This document shows, piece by piece, positions 23,162-25,271 of a stretch of DNA of 25,271 nucleotides. The first letter of the stretch is position 1. Each line of letters begins with the position of its first letter. This stretch comes from an uncultured Verrucomicrobiota bacterium (GTDB lineage: Bacteria; Verrucomicrobiota; Kiritimatiellia; CAIQIC01; Lenti-01). The notes beneath the pieces are model-generated. The model saw only the letters and a program-made list of their open reading frames with translations. It was not told the DNA's origin and did not search any database. The translations under genes were made by a program, and so were the position numbers. The stretch lies in NCBI GenBank assembly GCA_938003985.1, contig CALKWZ010000014.1:1-25271 (forward strand), read 5' to 3'.

Positions 23162-23835
23162 AACGGTTGCGGACCGGAGTCATGGTTATGGCCGGGCTGT
23201 GGCTGACGGGGTGCGCGACGGCGCCGTTCCAGCGGCCGGAACCGTTTGCGGCGACCGGACTCGCGCCGGAACGGGTTCCGGCGGCTTTCGCGGAACGCTT
23301 GGCGCCGCGCTACGAACAAGCGCAAGCTCTCGTGTTTCGCTTCTATCTGCGCGAAATCGCCGCGCTGGGCTATCTCTCCGTGGACGTGCCCGCCCGCTCG
23401 TTCGCGATGGCCTGCCTGAATCCGGTCGGCATCAAGTTGTTCGAGCTGGTCGGAACGAACGGCGAAGTCGAGGCCCGGTTCGTCGCGCCGGAAATCGAAA
23501 AGCACGGCGGCGAACTGGCGCAAGCGGCGGGGGCGGACTTGGCGCGGGCCTACTTCGATTGGCTGCCGCCGGCCGGCGCGACGTGCCGCCGCGCTAAAAA
23601 CCGGCTGATTTTCACCGCCGCGGATGCCGCGGGGCGCACGGAATACCGCTATGCCGGCCGCGACGGGTTTTTGGCCGAAAAAATCCGCATCGAAGCCGGC
23701 CGCGTTCGCTGGAAGGTGGACTATCGCGATTATCGCCGCGGCGCGGAGGGCTGGATCCCGACCGGACTGGTGATCCACAACCGGCGTTATGGCTATCGCC
23801 TGGTCGCCATCGCGAAAGAGTCGGAGGCTCCATGA
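23158..23835 (+). CDS. Lipoprotein of unknown function (position and size match the DUF3261-type lipoprotein that follows the MMPL gene in APE clusters)
   Basis: MKRLRTGVMVMAGLWLTGC contains a lipobox (LTGC). GGAGGAGGG RBS. ATGA overlap with the MMPL stop. The family call rests on synteny recall only. Confidence 0.7.
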   Translation: MKRLRTGVMVMAGLWLTGCATAPFQRPEPFAATGLAPERVPAAFAERLAPRYEQAQALVFRFYLREIAALGYLSVDVPARSFAMACLNPVGIKLFELVGTNGEVEARFVAPEIEKHGGELAQAAGADLARAYFDWLPPAGATCRRAKNRLIFTAADAAGRTEYRYAGRDGFLAEKIRIEAGRVRWKVDYRDYRRGAEGWIPTGLVIHNRRYGYRLVAIAKESEAP

Positions 23836-25271
23836 AAGTCCTGTTGGTGCGCCCCCATCTGATCCTGGCGCTGTCGCGCCGCTTCAATGCTTTCCTGCAT
23901 CTGGAGCCGTTGGATTTGGAGATCGTCGCCGGCGGCGTGGAAGCGCCGCACGAGGTGGAAATCCTGGACCTGTCGCACGGCCGGCGGCCGTTCGCCGCGC
24001 TGCGGCGGAAACTGCGCGACATGCGGCCGGATCTGGTGGGCTTCGGCTGCTACTCGAACCAAGCGGCGGCGGTGCGCGAGCTGGCTGGCCTCGTCCGGCA
24101 AGTCCTGCCGACCGCGAAGATCGCGGTGGGCGGGGTCCACGCCAGCATCGCGCCGCAGGACCTGAACCGGCCCGAATTGTACGATTTCGTGGTGCGCGGG
24201 GAGGGCTCCGTGGCCATCCGCCGCCTGCTGGCGGCGCTGGAGCGGGGCGCGGCCATCGCCGACGAAGGCGTGCTGCCCGTCGGCGCGCCCGAATTCGCCG
24301 CCTTGGCGGAAGGACCGCCGCCGGCCCATCCCGACTACCGCGAAGTGGCCAAGCCCCGCCGGGACTTGGTCGATCGCTCGAAGTATTTCTGCATCTGGTC
24401 CGGCAAGCCGGATGAAAGCCTGGCCACGCTCTATCCGCGCACGGCGTCCATGCGCACCAGCGTGGGCTGTCCGCGGCGGTGCAGCTTCTGCGTCGTGCAT
24501 TTCCTGGCCCATGGGCGCTATATCCAGCGGGATCCCGCCGACGTCGTGGACGAAATCGCGTCGATCCCGGAGGATTACGTCTATTTCGTGGACGACGAAA
24601 TGTTCATCAATCCCGTGCGCGCCGAAGCGATCGCGCGCCTGCTGCTCGAACGGGGCGTGCGCAAGCAGTACGTCAGCTGGGCGCGCAGCGACACCATCTG
24701 CGCGCATCCGGAGCTGTTCAAGCTGTGGCAGCGGGCCGGCCTGCAAGTCGTCTACGTCGGGTTGGAATCGATGGAAGCGGATGCCCTGAAAAACTTCAAC
24801 AAGGGCGTCGATCCGGACACCAACCGCCGGGCCGTGGCGATCCTGCGCGAGGCCGGCATCGTGCTGCATTCGGCGCTGATCGTGAATCCCGATTTCACCC
24901 AAGCGGATTTCCAGCGGCTGCACCGGACGGTCGCGGCCATCGCGCCGGCGGAAATGTCCTTCACGGTGCTGGCGCCGTCGCCGGGCACGGACTTCTGGCG
25001 GGAAACCCGCGCGCGGTTCATCGCGCCCGATCCGTACGCCTTCTACGACTGCATGCACACGCTGTTGCCGACGCGCCTGCCCATGCGCACGTTCTACCGC
25101 TATTTTTCGCTGCTGTACCTGCGCGGATTCCAGCACAATCCCTGGCGCGCGCACCGCGTGAAGGTGCCGTTCCGGGATCTGCTGCGGCTGATGTGGAGCG
25201 GAGCGCGCACCGGCTGGACCCTGCACGGGCTCCACCGCGATTATCCGCCCGAAGCCCGCGCGGCGTGCGGG
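23832..25271 (+). CDS. B12-binding-domain (class B) radical SAM enzyme, 3'-truncated by the window end
   Basis: GGAGG RBS and an ATGA overlap with the upstream stop. MKVLLVRPH...LVGFGCYSNQAAAVRELAGLVRQVLPTAKIAVGGVH forms the B12-binding-like N-terminus. CX3CX2C in SVGCPRRCSFC, with Cys codons at 24468, 24480 and 24489. The frame is open for 480 codons to 25271. It is absent from the ORF track only because it has no stop. Confidence 0.8.
   Translation, partial: MKVLLVRPHLILALSRRFNAFLHLEPLDLEIVAGGVEAPHEVEILDLSHGRRPFAALRRKLRDMRPDLVGFGCYSNQAAAVRELAGLVRQVLPTAKIAVGGVHASIAPQDLNRPELYDFVVRGEGSVAIRRLLAALERGAAIADEGVLPVGAPEFAALAEGPPPAHPDYREVAKPRRDLVDRSKYFCIWSGKPDESLATLYPRTASMRTSVGCPRRCSFCVVHFLAHGRYIQRDPADVVDEIASIPEDYVYFVDDEMFINPVRAEAIARLLLERGVRKQYVSWARSDTICAHPELFKLWQRAGLQVVYVGLESMEADALKNFNKGVDPDTNRRAVAILREAGIVLHSALIVNPDFTQADFQRLHRTVAAIAPAEMSFTVLAPSPGTDFWRETRARFIAPDPYAFYDCMHTLLPTRLPMRTFYRYFSLLYLRGFQHNPWRAHRVKVPFRDLLRLMWSGARTGWTLHGLHRDYPPEARAACG

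Noticed and set aside
18646-25235. Minus-strand ORFs 18646-20193, 20636-22183, 22232-23104, 23074-23778 and 23793-25235
   Set aside because: These are shadow ORFs opposite the rSAM-SPASM fusion, the MMPL transporter, the lipoprotein and the third B12-rSAM. In particular, 23793-25235 mirrors an unterminated + strand gene that the ORF track could not list.
1-25271. Mobile-element genes, CRISPR arrays, defence systems, rRNA
   Set aside because: No integrase, transposase or recombinase motifs were seen in any frame. I found no regularly spaced direct repeats, no inverted terminal repeats flanking the cluster, and no rRNA-like sequence. The only repeat structure seen is the tRNA-Tyr 3'-half duplication.
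734-25271. Enoyl-ACP reductase (FabI/FabK/FabV/FabL) or SAM-dependent (non-radical) methyltransferase and glycosyltransferase genes expected in some APE clusters
   Set aside because: No ORF shows the corresponding motifs. The only SDR is FabG-like, with a YAASK ketoreductase signature. No GxGxG class I methyltransferase and no GT-A/GT-B signature was recognised. Their absence within the window is reported as an observation, not as proof, since the cluster continues past 25271.

Overview
This G+C-rich window is coded almost entirely on the + strand; I could not support any minus-strand gene. It opens with the last ~22 codons of an Arg/Gly-rich CDS. Next come tRNA-Ala(CGC) and tRNA-Tyr(GUA), then an unusual partial second copy of the tRNA-Tyr 3' half with GC-rich hairpin pairs inserted exactly in its anticodon loop and T loop. 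From 734 to the window end (25271, last gene truncated) there is one ~24.5 kb cluster of 24 genes, most joined by ATGA start/stop overlaps.

The core resembles an aryl-polyene (APE)-type type II fatty-acid/polyketide system:
- three Cys-His-His ketosynthases, one of them fused to a Cys-less KS-like domain
- one free-standing Cys-less CLF-like protein
- three acyl carrier proteins
- a FabG-like ketoreductase and FabZ/ApeI-like hotdog dehydratases
- a 4HBT thioesterase and a PaaK/F390-synthetase-like adenylating ligase
- PlsC-like and LpxL-like acyltransferases
- a LolA-like / MMPL / lipoprotein export module

On top of that core the cluster carries:
- three B12-binding (class B) radical SAM enzymes
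- a radical SAM-SPASM enzyme fused to a hotdog dehydratase domain
- a CrtI-like flavoenzyme and a second FAD oxidoreductase
- an HxxxD condensation-like acyltransferase
- an embedded, apparently separately transcribed secreted protein with an internal domain duplication

No enoyl reductase, integrase, transposase, CRISPR array or rRNA is visible. I read this as an orphan hybrid of APE-like and proposed-ladderane-like clusters, making an unknown modified envelope lipid or pigment. All functional calls rest on motifs read by eye and recalled family knowledge; no homology search was possible.
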